From Thecamonas trahens ATCC 50062 (lineage: Eukaryota; Protista; Apusomonadida): a stretch of 64,000 nt of DNA. The translations under genes were made by a program, and so were the position numbers. Shown here one piece after another: positions 23,232 to 34,777 of the stretch. The notes under the pieces are model-generated. The model saw nothing but the letters and a program-made list of their open reading frames with translations, was not told the origin of the DNA and ran no database searches. Position 1 is the stretch's first letter, and every line of letters starts with the position of its first letter. Location: assembly GCF_000142905.1 (NCBI RefSeq), contig NW_013657667.1, forward strand, positions 6,801 through 70,800, written 5' to 3'.

Positions 23232-25156
23232 ATGTCCACCGACAAAGAAGAGTTCAAACTCANNNNNNNNNNNNNNNNNNNNNNNNNNNNNNNNNNNNNN
23301 NNNNNNNNNNNNNNNNNNNNNNNNNNNNNNNNNNNNNNNNNNNNNNNNNNNNNNNNNNNNNNCGCCTAACCCCCCCCCCCCCCCCCCCCCCCCCGTCCCC
23401 GCGGGACACTCACCCTTCCCCCCTCTCCTCCTCCCCTCCCCGTCCACACCCACCACAGGAGAGCATCCGCCTTCAAGAAGCCCTGGACAAGCCCGAGTTC
23501 CGCGAGTTGCTGTTAGAGTATGTGCGGGAGATTTCTGATCCTGCTACGCTTGCTGCTCGTGAGGCGGAACTGATCGCCATGGAGAAGGAAGCCGGCAATG
23601 GTGACGTCGCCTTTCTCCATCCTCGTCCAGGTTTCGTGGTCAAGACCTACGTGGCCGGCGATGATGAGGACAAGGTCTTTATCAACATGGCGATCGCCGA
23701 TGGCATTGATCCGGCTGTTCCCACGCCTTCGGATGGGGGTGTCCACTGGGCTTTCCCCTACGCCCTGACTTCGTCGCGCACTGATGTGGACAAGTCGGGC
23801 AACGAGGTCACCGTCTACGACGTCGCCTTCCATCCCGATACCGTTGCCCTTGCCAACAAGGACAACATGCCGTCGCGTCTCCGCGACACCCTCATCCTCA
23901 CCGCCATCGACGCTATTCGCGACGCCTACAACGTAGAGCTCCTCCGCCCCGGCTCTGACAAGCTCGTCGTCCTCCGCAACAAAAAGTACTTTGGTGTCGC
24001 CCGCCCCTCGGTCATCCGCTCCTCATCGGGCTCTACCCCTTCCGCTTCTACTGCCGCCGCCGCTGCCGCCGCTTTCGCCGCCCCCACTCCCACCTCCAAC
24101 TCCACTCCCGCCCCAGCTCCCGCTCCCGCCCCCGCCCCGTCGCCGCTCATCGAGGATCTCGGCCCGGCTGCACCAAGCACCCCAAGCCTCACCACTCCGT
24201 CCTACAAGCTCGTCCATCAGGGCACCTTTGACATGCGTGACCATCTCATGACTCGTGTTGCCTCCCGCAGCACCCGCCCGGCCAAGCTCGTTCTCTCCAT
24301 CGAGCTACCCGAGTGCGCGTCGGCCGGAGGTATCGATCTGGAGCTCGACGAAGGCTCGGTCTCGCTCTCTGTTCCTGACCTCTACGAGCTCCATGTCGCG
24401 CTCCCGTTTCCTGTCGATGACGAGTTTTCTCGTGCCCAGTTTATCACCGCCTCGCGCACCCTCCGCCTCGAGATGAAAGTTGTACCCGGCGAGCTTCCGC
24501 AGCTCCCTGCGTCTGAGCCGACTACCGAGCCAACTCCCGAGCCGACTCTCGAGCCAACTCCCGAGCCGACTCCCGAGCCGACTCCCGAGCCAACTCCCGA
24601 GCCGGCCCGGACACCAGACGCCGACCATGAGCGCCCGAGCCACACGATTGACCTCACGGCCACGTCTCTCACCGTCACCATTCCCATCGCGTCGATCAAC
24701 CGGTCGACGCTCTCGGTCGAGTCGACACCTACCCGCCTTGTCGTTGCCTTTCACACCTTTTCGGCGCCCGCCACTCTCTACAAGCTTGATCTCCCGCTCG
24801 ACGCACACCCGGTTGTCCCGGACGCCACGACCTCGACTTGCACCCTCTCGAACCTCACTATCGGCCTCACACGAGCCGCCGCCGCTCCTGTCTCCGATCT
24901 CGAGCCGACTTCCACCCCTGACTCGCACGGCCCCGTCGCCGTCGATGATCCCATCCTCGCCGCCGCCAAGCGCTACAACGAGACTATCGCCCGCAACCGC
25001 AGCACCTTGTCGTCTGTCACCCCGAAGCTTTCCGCCACCCAGCCGGTCGCATCACCTGCCACGCCTCGTGCCCCCGTCCGCAACCCCATCCCTTCCCTTG
25101 TCTTCAACACCCGCGACATCATCCTCTCCAATGAGCTCATGTACCGACTCGAATGA
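23232..25156 (+). CDS. DNAAF2: Kintoun / PF13 axonemal dynein assembly factor (PIH1 + CS domains). The first intron lies in the N-gap, acceptor ~23458
   Basis: MSTDKEEFKL..EALDKPEFRELLLEYVREISDP..LHPRPGFVVKT..KVFIN..VYDVAFHPDT..RPAKLVLSIELP..LPFPVDDEFSRAQF. Confidence 0.85.
23263..23362. other. Assembly gap (N run)
   Basis: 100 N next to poly-C. Confidence 0.99.
24514..24604 (+). repeat. 12-bp coding repeat (EPTP)n
   Basis: gagccgactccc-type units. Confidence 0.85.
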
Positions 25157-25200
25157 AGCCATCGCTCCCCTTGCGACCGCCTGCCACCACCTGTCGCACC

Positions 25201-27584
25201 ATGCTTGTCGTCCCCGAGCCCGTCCTCGGCACAGGCTTTGCTTGGAAGAAGAACGCCAAGCTGAGCAACAACTACTTTACCACACAATCCCCTTCCCTGG
25301 GTATGTGACACTGCCAGCATTCTCTCCCCCACCATGCTCACCCTCATTTCATTTCATTGGCAAGCACTCACGTCCCGCTCTTGTCCCTCGCGCAGCATTC
25401 GGCTCGCGGCTGCTGGGCTTCTCTCGCTTTCGTGTGGTGTCGTCCATCTGTTCGTTTATGTTTGCATCGGCAGAGAGTGAGGAAGAGATCGAAAATGATT
25501 TCTACCGACTGACACGTGCCTATGTCAAGGAGTTTGGCGAGTACCACAAGAACAATCTCCAGCCAGACTGGCAGAACGTCATCATCTTCTTTACCGATCT
25601 CGCAGAGCGCATCGCTGCCGCAGATGGTCGTGGCGAAGCGCTCGCCGATCTTCCCAGCGAGTCAGGGCCTGCTGCTGGTCCTCGGCATGTCTTGAAAGCC
25701 CAGGCTGAAGCCCCGGCCGAGCACGTTGTCGCACCGCCATCGTCGCCCACATTGTCCAGCTCCAACGATCCACGCTCTGCGCTCGAGCGCGCTGCTGACA
25801 TCCGTCATCGCGTCGAGGCCTGCGAGTGGGCTGACGAGCTGGATTCCGCCATGTGGAGCAGATCGTACGCTTTGCCTCCGATGATGGCCTCGCCGGCGAT
25901 GGCCGCGCTTGTCGAGGCCGACCGCGCCTGGCTCCACCGAGTAGTCACGCACTGCTTCCTTGTCCGCAACCGCGAGGAGATCATGGCCGGCCTCGACGTG
26001 ACCATGAATGCCGTTCTTGCTCGCGAGCGCTCGGCGCTCTCCGAGATCAAGACATACCTCCCGGTTCTCCTTGGCCGCATCCGCCACCCGCTTGGCTGGC
26101 TTGCCGCGAGCTGCAAAGCTGACTTTGTCGAGCTCTTTGTGGCACCAGCCGAGGCCGACGCGGCCGCCGGGCGCCTTGATCCGACTGCTGTCCGCGAAGC
26201 ACTCCGCGATGCTCGTGCCTTTGTCGACAAAGCCGCCGGCACGGTTGCGGACGCCTTCTTTGCAACCTTTGCCATCCTCACCTCCTCCTCCGACGCCTTC
26301 CAAGACCAGGTCCGCGCCTCGGTCCGTGACGCTCTCATCGAGCTCTTCTACCCGGCGCTCCTCGATCTCTACAGCGTTGCACACGCCGAGGAGCATGCCC
26401 GGTTTGAGGCCAATGCCGCGGGTATGGCCGACATGTCTCCCCACGACCTTGGCCTCTCTGACAAGTTTGTCGACGGCTTCCTCGCCTCAACCGCACTCAC
26501 CGATGCACTTGCTACCATGGCAAACCACGCGCTTCCGGTCCGCAAGCTCAAGGCGCTCATTCATGGCATCGAGAAGCTCACTGCTGACGTTGCGGAACAC
26601 ATCGCTCGCACCGATGCGGCTGCTGTCCTCGCGCCACAAGTTATGGTCGTCCTTGGCGCCGGTGGTGTCGGCAAGACCACTCTTGTTCGGTCGGTAGCCG
26701 GCCTCCCGTTTGATGCCGACTACGATCCTACGCCGCGCCCGGACCTTGTTACCACCCGTTTCCGCCTTGAGAGCCACGACAGCGAGCTGCCGCTGACGCT
26801 TGTTGACACGCCATCGTCCGATTTTTTTGCTGACCAGATCCCCGACTGGATCCACACGGTCTCCTCGTTTGTCTTTGTCTTTTCGCTCGTCTCATACTCG
26901 TCGTTCATGCACGTTGAGCAGTTGGCGGCCCGTGTCGCTGCCGCCCGCAACACCTCGCTCTCCTCGCTCAACGTGGCCCTGGTTGGGACCCATGCCGATC
27001 GCGTCGATGACCGTGTCGTTGCTGCCGACCTCATTGCCACTCTCGCCGACCGCCTCGGCTGCATGGTCTTTGAGATCTCGTCGGCCGAGCCGTCGGTCGC
27101 CCCACACTTTGTCACCGCCGCCATCAGCGAGCTTGCTCTCCATCATGTCCGCACTGAGCGGACCACTGTCACCTTTGCTGCCGACGACGTTGTCCCCATG
27201 ATGTGCTGGGCAGCCGTCTCTGCTCCCATCATACACCGCCTCGTCCCGCAGCTCTACTTTATTGACGACTACCTCGACATCGCCTACACCCGTGGTCAGT
27301 CTGGCTACATGCTCTCCACCGCCTCCACGGCCATCTTCTACGTCGCCATGACTCCGCTGTCTAGCATCCGTGGCGCTTCTCCCGTTCCGGCACCCGATCC
27401 CGTTCCGCGCTCGCCGTCGTCTGACCATCTCTCCACCGACGCCGCAGACGGCCTCGTGGAAATCGATGCTTGCAAAGACGAAGCGCTTCAACTGAACGAT
27501 CTTCCCGCTCCCGTACCGCCACCCTCCGCCGAGCCGCCCGTCACCGAACCCTCGCCAGAGTCCGATCTACTGGCCGGCCCGTAA
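25201..27584 (+). CDS. VPS9-domain protein (VPS9D1-like Rab5-family GEF) with an inserted Ras-like G domain. Exon1 25201-25300, intron 25301-25473
   Basis: A GTATGT..CAG intron keeps the frame. VPS9 elements: HPLGWL, LFYPALLDLY, PVRKLKALI, FAADDVVPMMCW, GQSGYMLSTASTAIFYV. P-loop GAGGVGKT lies between them. Confidence 0.78.
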
Positions 27585-27612
27585 CTTGTCTCCGCCCGTC
27601 GCACCATCTCAC

Positions 27613-30029
27613 ATGGCATTCACCCTCGACGCCCGCATCGACGCCTACCTCGCCAGCTTTCACCGCTCTGAGTTGGATGCATTCGGCGACGCCGTCGCAA
27701 CCACCGTCCAGTCGGTGTCTGCCGCTGGCCCAGGCACCGCCTCCCCCGCGCCACCGGCACCGTCGTCGCCGCGCCGCCGTCGCGCCGTGCCTCGCGATCA
27801 CCTCGCTTTTCTTCCTGTCCACCTCACCGTCTTCCACATCGCTCTCGCCATCGATGCCATGAACATGCTGCATGTCGACCGTACGCTCGCTCTTGCCCCC
27901 ATCCCCATCCCCTGGGTCGTTGTTGCCACGCCCGCGCCCGCGATCGCAATCGCGATCGCGATCAATCGCCAAAATAGCCAAACTCAGGAAAAAGCCGCAG
28001 TTGGTCTGGCCTCTCTCTTCGCTACAAAAAGATCGTGCTTCCCACCCTCAGATCGTGCTTCCCACCCTCTCCACTCACTCCCATCATGCGCTGCTGTTCT
28101 TCTACTCTCAGCTGAGCTTGGCCATGCGCTTCTTCCGACTGACACCGAGTCCTCGCTCGACTGGCAGGCAGGCAATGCCGCGCTTGCGTCTTCTGTCGCC
28201 CGTTTCCTCGGCATGCCGGGCATTGCCGGCGTTAACATCCACGTCCACCGCTCACTCACCAGCTGGCCGGCGGCGTCGAGTGTGGCGGCACGGACGCCGC
28301 AGAGGCTTGGGCGCATTGTCCACCTCCATGCGCTGGTGTGGGAAGTCGGCCCACCCGCTGAAGCCGCAGTCGGGCACTGCTTCACCTGCCCGCGGCTCGA
28401 GTGCCACCACCCGGGCACCCTGGTCCGCTCACGGACAGCCGCAGCCAGCCTCGTCTGTCCGGGCTGTGGCGCTCGGGTTGTCGAGGATCTCTCTGCCCGC
28501 GCCGTCGTCGCCCACCACCACGCGCTGGTTGTCCGTGCTGACGCCTCGCCGTTTGCGGCGCGGACCCTGCTCGTGGTCATCACACCTGTGGCCGGCGATC
28601 CGCACGCCTTTGGCATCGCCCCGCGCAAGCTTGCGCCTGGCCAGTGGATCACCTGCATTGGACGGATCGAGGAGGCCGACAGCATCCGCGCCGCGCCGAT
28701 GGTTGTCACCGCCTCGGTCAATCATGTTCCGCCGCCGCTCCCCCGCCGCTCCCTTCACCGTGCCTTGCGCCGCTCCCCTCCATTCTTAGCGATCCGGCGC
28801 TCATCCACGCCTGCCCGTTCCTCCTTCTCCAGCTCGGTCTGGTCGTCTCGGCAGTAGCAAGTGCGGCAGGTGGGCGTAGCGTCGACGCGCCCGCTGCCGC
28901 CGCTTTGTGGGCTACCCATGTCCTTGTTGTGACCTCGGCCGACGACGCAGGCGTCCGCGATGTGGTCGTCGGCGAGGTCTGCGCCTCTACCGCAGCCATT
29001 GTCCTCGCCTCGACCACGCTCAAAACCAGCATTAGCGCCGACGTGTCCAAGTCGGGCTGGTCGCGGTCGGGCGCACTCCCGCTCTGCTCCCACCGCGTCA
29101 TCGCGCTCCCACACGCCGACCATGTCCGCAAGGCCGACGCCTGCCAGATCGGCCTCATCATGTCGGCCGCACGGGTCCCACTTCAGCGCGCCCAGCACGG
29201 CGCAGACTCTCTGGCGGTCCCGGCTTCGGTGTGGGCACTCACGACCGCTGCCGCAAGCTCCGACTCCGGTCCTGGCCCCGGCTCCATCTGCTGTGACGAC
29301 TTTGTCGACCTCGCTGCTTCGTCGTCGCGCCGGGTCGTCGCCCCACTGCCGAGTGCCACCCGTCGTACTCGGCTCCATCTCGCTTCCAAGATTGTCGCTG
29401 CCCACATCGCGCCGCACGCTCACCTTGTCTTTTACATTCCGCACAGCTCGAGCTCAAAGCAGTACATGGCTGCCCGGTTCGGGAGCCAGCTGGAGCCTGA
29501 TGGCCGCGTCGACTTTGGAACTCGGTTCCTCTGGCACGCCCAGGCTGTTGCCCGCCAGGCCGATCTTGCCCGCATTGTTTCCCTCTCGACGCCGGCCTCG
29601 GACCTCCTCGACCGCTACTACCAGAGCCAACGCGCGCGTGGCGGGCTCATCCGCGTCGCCGACCTCGACACCCTCGCTCGCTGCGCCAAAGTCATCTGTG
29701 CGCTCGACGGCGGCACGTCCTTTGGCGCTGGCCCTGTCAACGATGACGCCTCGACAGACGTCGACGACGACTCCGATGATGACAGCCGTCACGCCGATAG
29801 CCTGCCGCTTGCCCAGCCGGTCCACGCCGCGCTCGCGGTCGTGCTCATGGAGGAGACTCTCATGGCGCGCCACGGGGCCAGCGCTGCGCTTCTCCTCTCA
29901 TTCAGCGAAGCTTTTGCCCGTGGAATTGGAACATCGGCTCTAGTCACTGACTACGCCGGCGCCACTCTTGGTGAGCGCGCGCTTGCGTTTGCCCATGATC
30001 TCGACAGCTTTCTCGCGCGCGAGTGGTGA
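27613..30029 (+). CDS. MCMDC2: MCMDC2-like atypical MCM protein. Exon1 27613-27880, intron 27881-28111, apparent frameshift at the C5 run ~28740-28744
   Basis: Splicing gives NMLHVDPELGHALL. Zn-binding CxxxxC..CxxCG..VED. OB-like LAPGQWITCIG. Degenerate AAA+ with no Walker A/B. C-terminal LSTPASDLLDRYYQSQR and AVVLMEETLMARHG. Confidence 0.62.
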
Positions 30030-30167
30030 CCGCGAGGCGAAACCGCCAAACGTCATTCGGCAGTTGAGCGACGACGGCTCGCATAACAACGGCCACCGAC
30101 GCAAGACACAGCCCACCCCCCACACCACTCCGCTCTGTTCTGCCAGTAAGGGCTCGAGGCAAAGCTC

Positions 30168-32830
30168 ATGGGCCTCTTCTGTCGGTCAAGTCGTGGCAGT
30201 AGCAAGAGCGGAAAGAAGGGCCGGGGCAAGGCCGATGGAGGCATGACGGCCAAGGAGGTGAACGCTGCGGTAAAGAAGGCGACGGCCGTGGCCAAGACTT
30301 CGGGATCCGGCACGGTAGTTCTCCTCAATGTTCCGCTCTCCCCGGCTGCACTGCCAAAGCCGTTGCTCAAGCTCGGTAGAGAGCTCAAGTCGCTCACGCT
30401 TGGCTCGAACGGTCTCGGCCGGCTGCCCAAGGACCTGCTGACCTTTGCGTCGTCGCTCGTGGAACTCAACGTCCACGACAACCCCATCAAGATGCTCCCG
30501 GTCGGCTTTGAGCAGTTTACCATGCTCGAGACGCTGCGGGTGGCCCGAAACGACCTGTCGCCGTCGGTGCCAATGACGCTCGGCATGCTCAAGCACCTGC
30601 GGATCCTGGACATTTCACACAACCGGATCAAGAGTCTCAACTCAGGCCTCACCGGCCTAGCTGCACTCACCAAGCTCGATGCCTCGCATAACGCCATTGC
30701 TAGTGGTGATGAACACATCATGGGCCTGGAAAACTTGACCTCGCTCGACTTGTCGCATAACAAGTTGTCGGCGGTGAGCGATCGGCTCTCCGCGCTGGCA
30801 CGCCTCGTCTCGCTCAATGTCGGTCACAACGCGCTGCTTGAGCTCCCAGACGTGTTTGACTCGCTCACCAGCCTTCGCATGCTTCAGCTCGATGGCAACA
30901 TGCTGCAGACGCTGCCACTTTCACTCGGAGCGCTTGCCGGTGGCATTCTCTCGGTCGTCTCGCTCGGGGGCAACACTCTTGATGACATGCCGGACTCGGT
31001 CATGCCTGACATGGAGACGGCCGAGCTGTTGGAGGCGCTTGCCGCGCTTGCGCACGGCGACGACGAGCCTACAGCGCCGACGCTCACGGGCGAGGTGAGC
31101 GGCTCCGACGCCGACGGCTCACGCCTCGACTCGGATGACGAGCCCGACAGCGACGGCGACGAGCATGACCTGTTGCTGCCCTCGCCGTCACGGCCGCTCA
31201 TCCCACCTGACCTCCCAAACCCGCTCGCCACCGATTCGCGTGAGGGGACTGGGGAGTGGCAGGGCTCGGGCTCCGATGCCTGGGCAGTGGTCCCAGCCAC
31301 AGGTGACGACGGCGACGTGGCGTCGGACCAGTTCTACGGCGAAGACCTTGTTCTTGCCCACACCTACGAGCACACCTACGAGCACACCTACGAGCACACT
31401 TACGAGAACATCTACGAGCAGAGCGGCAAAGACGATGGCGACGACGGTGACGGCAATGACAATTACGAGTACGAGCAGGATCCTGGAAGCGACGACGGCT
31501 ACGAGAGCGCGAGTAGTCACGACCTTCATCACCGGCGGGTCATCTCCTCTGTGGTTCTCGACAGCGAAGACAGTGTCGCCGAGCTTGTGGCTCGCGCCCG
31601 CGACGCCGATGCTGACGAGTCCGAGCGGTTTTGAGCGCGGGTGAGCTGCTGCGGTCGATATCGCTCGGCTCGCTGGGCTCGGTCCTCACCGCCACGTCCG
31701 AGTCGTCAGCGTTTGTGTTTCCGACTGCGCCTGCATTGGGCCCGCGGTCGCGGGCATTGCGCGACCACAATCCGAAGCGACGTGCTGCTCGGACAGCGTC
31801 AAACAAGGACCTCGGAGTCCGCCGTGAGGTTACTCAGCTCATTAACGATGTCATGCTCACGGTGGCCGAGGCGTCGGACCGCGCCCGTGCGCTTCCGCAC
31901 TGCTCGGCCAAGCTTGAGTTGCTGGCGCACATTGCCGAGGTCAACAAGGCCTCGCTCCAGCTCGTCAACGCGGCGTCTGCACTGTCGCAGGCCGCAGAGC
32001 CGGTGACGGCGTCCATGACGTTGCAATCTGAGATGGTGACCACTCGCGCATGCCTAGTAGCTGTCCGCGCTGGCATGGACAAGCTGGACACGAAAGAGAC
32101 GCCAGTGCGCAGGTCGCCACCGCGACAATGTCCTGTGCGCCGCCACGCCTCGCCGCAGGCCTCGCCCATCACCGCGGTCGAGTCGCCTCACCGTACAGCT
32201 CGACAGGACTCGGTTTCTCCGCCAGACACCGGTATGCGTGCTCTGCAGGCTTCACTCCACGAGGCGGACGCAGTGCTGAGCATGGTCCGCGCGGCATGTG
32301 GGCCGGAGCTTCTTCCGACGCCGGTGCGGCCGGCTCGGGCACTGAGCCCGTCGCCGCTCGACGAGCACCTCCGAGCGATGGCCCTCGCGGCTCGCGAGGC
32401 CGAGCTGGCGGCCCGCGAGGCGCAACTTGCTGAGCGGGAAGCGCAGCTGGCTGCCGCCGCCGCCGCTGTAGATGAGACGGAGACGGAAGGCTGCTGCCGC
32501 GAGTCGGACGATGCGTTTACTCTTGTGAATCCGGCCGATGACGACGAGTGCGAGCTGCTGATGCAGGACTTGCTTGCGGAAGGACTGCAGGTGCCAGCGG
32601 CGGCCGTGGCCGCAGCGATCGAGGGCAGCAGCACGCCCAGCAAGCGGACAGCGGCACTAGGCAGCGGTGAGCCGCCGCTTCGGTGGGCGCCGTTGGGCTC
32701 ACCGCCGCGGCGCGGGTACTACCAGCGCGGATTCCACCGGCCGGTGGAAGCAACGCCGTCGGTGCGGCGGCTGGCTGACGTCGATGCCGTGGAGCGGGCG
32801 GTGCCGCTGCGGCACCGACTGGGCGGCTGA
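30168..32830 (+). CDS. Leucine-rich repeat protein with N-terminal acylation-type motif (MGLFC), acidic linker and coiled-coil tail. ORFs 30168-31634 and 31631-32830 probably join via a frameshift at the T4 run 31629-31632
   Basis: About nine LxxLxLxxNxL repeats. The second ORF lacks an ATG start and overlaps the first stop. One added T gives RFLSAGEL. Confidence 0.72.
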
Positions 32831-32835
32831 GCCAG

Positions 32836-33789
32836 TTACAGCTTGATCTCGGGCGGGACATCCTCTTCAACGGCGTCGGTCTCGTCCTCGCCATCGAGCA
32901 GTTCCGAGACGTCGTAGCCCTGGTTGGCAAAGTGCTCGAGGAGCATGTCCTGCCGCTTGCGGCCCATGGTGTAGTAGTTGTTGATAAACTCGTTGCATTG
33001 GTCGACGCCGTGGGGAAAGGCGTGGTGAAGCGGGCGCGGGTGGCCCATGATGGAGTGGTGCCAGACCCGGATGAGGCCGTCGACGGCGGCCTTGGGCAGG
33101 AGGAGGAAGCGAACAAAGAGCAGCTCTTCCCAGGTGGGGTACTCTGCGCCAAAGACGCGAATCTCGTTCTCATCGATGCTCTCGTCGACAGACGCCTGCT
33201 GAGCCTTCAGCTTCTTCTTGGCCTTGCGCAGCGCCTTCTTGGACAGATCCTTCTTCTTGAGCTCCTTCTTCAGCTCCGAGGCCTTGATCTTGACCACAGC
33301 CTCGCGGGCCTTTCCATAGTAGTGGCGATAGTTGTACATGCGGACCGAGTAGTGGAAGAAAGTGAGGAGCGTGAGGATGCCGGCCACCACCGTCGGCACA
33401 GGAGTCTGTCTCTGCCGCGTCCGGTACCGATCCATCATGGTCGCCTCGTACCGATCCATGGGCACGTCGTCGATGCCTTCACGGAGCTCTTCTCCGGTAC
33501 GGAGATAGTGCGAGAGGCGATCATCATACCTCCTCCGCTCTTTCTCGTCCGAAAGTACCTCGTACGCCGCAGCAACTGCGATAAACAGGTCCTCGGCATC
33601 AGGATCCGGGTTCTTGTCCGGGTGGAGCGCCACCGCCAGCTTGCGGTAAGCCCGTTTGAGCTGCTTGGGCGTTGCTGTCGGCTCGACTCCAAGCAGATGG
33701 TAGTAGTTCTCCAAAGCCAAAGTCGGCGCACACATGCACACCACCACAAGAACGGCTACACTCACCACCATGACTCGTCCGAACTGCAT
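32836..33789 (-). CDS. ER-type DnaJ protein (signal peptide, J domain, TM; DNAJC25-like)
   Basis: Hydrophobic signal, NYYHLLGV..AYRKLAVALHPDKN..AYEVLSD. TM VVAGILTLLTFFHY followed by a Lys-rich segment. Confidence 0.87.
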   Translation of the reverse strand: MQFGRVMVVSVAVLVVVCMCAPTLALENYYHLLGVEPTATPKQLKRAYRKLAVALHPDKNPDPDAEDLFIAVAAAYEVLSDEKERRRYDDRLSHYLRTGEELREGIDDVPMDRYEATMMDRYRTRQRQTPVPTVVAGILTLLTFFHYSVRMYNYRHYYGKAREAVVKIKASELKKELKKKDLSKKALRKAKKKLKAQQASVDESIDENEIRVFGAEYPTWEELLFVRFLLLPKAAVDGLIRVWHHSIMGHPRPLHHAFPHGVDQCNEFINNYYTMGRKRQDMLLEHFANQGYDVSELLDGEDETDAVEEDVPPEIKL

Positions 33790-34008
33790 ACTTGTACCGA
33801 GTGCCGTCAGTAGAGTGAGGTAGCTGCTACCCGCCCCCCCCCCCCCCCCCCCCTCCCTGTCGAGGGATCGCAACCACATTCGCCAGTCGCCAGTCACCCC
33901 AGCAAATTTCCGAAACATCCCCCCCCTCCCCCCCCCCCCCAACCCCCAACCCAACTCCGCAACACGGCACCGCACCGCACCCCACCCATCACTCCTCACT
34001 CCCCACCA

Positions 34009-34744
34009 ATGTCGTCGTCGTCCGCCGACTACGACCGCTACAGGACGTCATGGGAGGCCAAGCAACGGAATAAGAAGATTATTGTGGGCTACCTCGATTC
34101 CTCAGAGGGTAAGAAGAAGGCAAAGCTCAAGTACGTCACATGGCATATGTATTACCTTCCCCATACCCATACCCCCCCTCCTCCCCGTCTTGCCTACTTG
34201 CACCCCCTCCCCCCTTTCTCCGTCACGCGTGGCAACGAACGTGCGACCCAATTTTTGCTTCGCCGCCTATTGGGCAACCACCGCATGACGGCCCTGACAA
34301 CCATGGGTATAGAGAGCCACCATGGATAGTTATCATCTTCCCGACCATCCACGTACCCACATGCATGGTTTGTGCATGTATGGAGTGTGTTTGTGGATCG
34401 GTGGCTGTCTTTGTGGCTCCTGTTGTGCCTCTGGAACACCTGGGCACGTGGTCCGACGCCGCTAACCGCTAAACCCATCGGCCCAAGCTGACTCTCACGT
34501 CGCTTGCTTGCTTGCTTCGCATCAGCTGGCCGAGATCGGGCTGCTCACGGCTCTGCTGGCCTAGGCTGGCTGGTGGCTGAGGTTGACTGGTCATGGGATG
34601 GGTGTGGGTGTTGGTGGAAGCAGACTCACGTGATTCTTGGGTGGTGTTCGGCGGGGGCCTGCGTCCTTGCTGGTTACTTGCTGGTTACTTGCTGGCTGGC
34701 TGGTTGTTCGCTTCTGCTGACTGACGCTTGCTGCTGACTGACGC

Positions 34745-34777
<33 letters not shown>

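Noticed and set aside
22313-25156. 947-aa ORF suggesting a PAP2-Kintoun fusion
   Set aside because: It reads through a probable frameshift, a C-rich intergenic stretch and an N-gap. Two separate genes explain it better.
24480-25457. N-terminal extension of the 1034-aa ORF overlapping DNAAF2
   Set aside because: Off-frame low-complexity sequence. A proper exon1 at 25201-25300 with a canonical intron explains the gene start.
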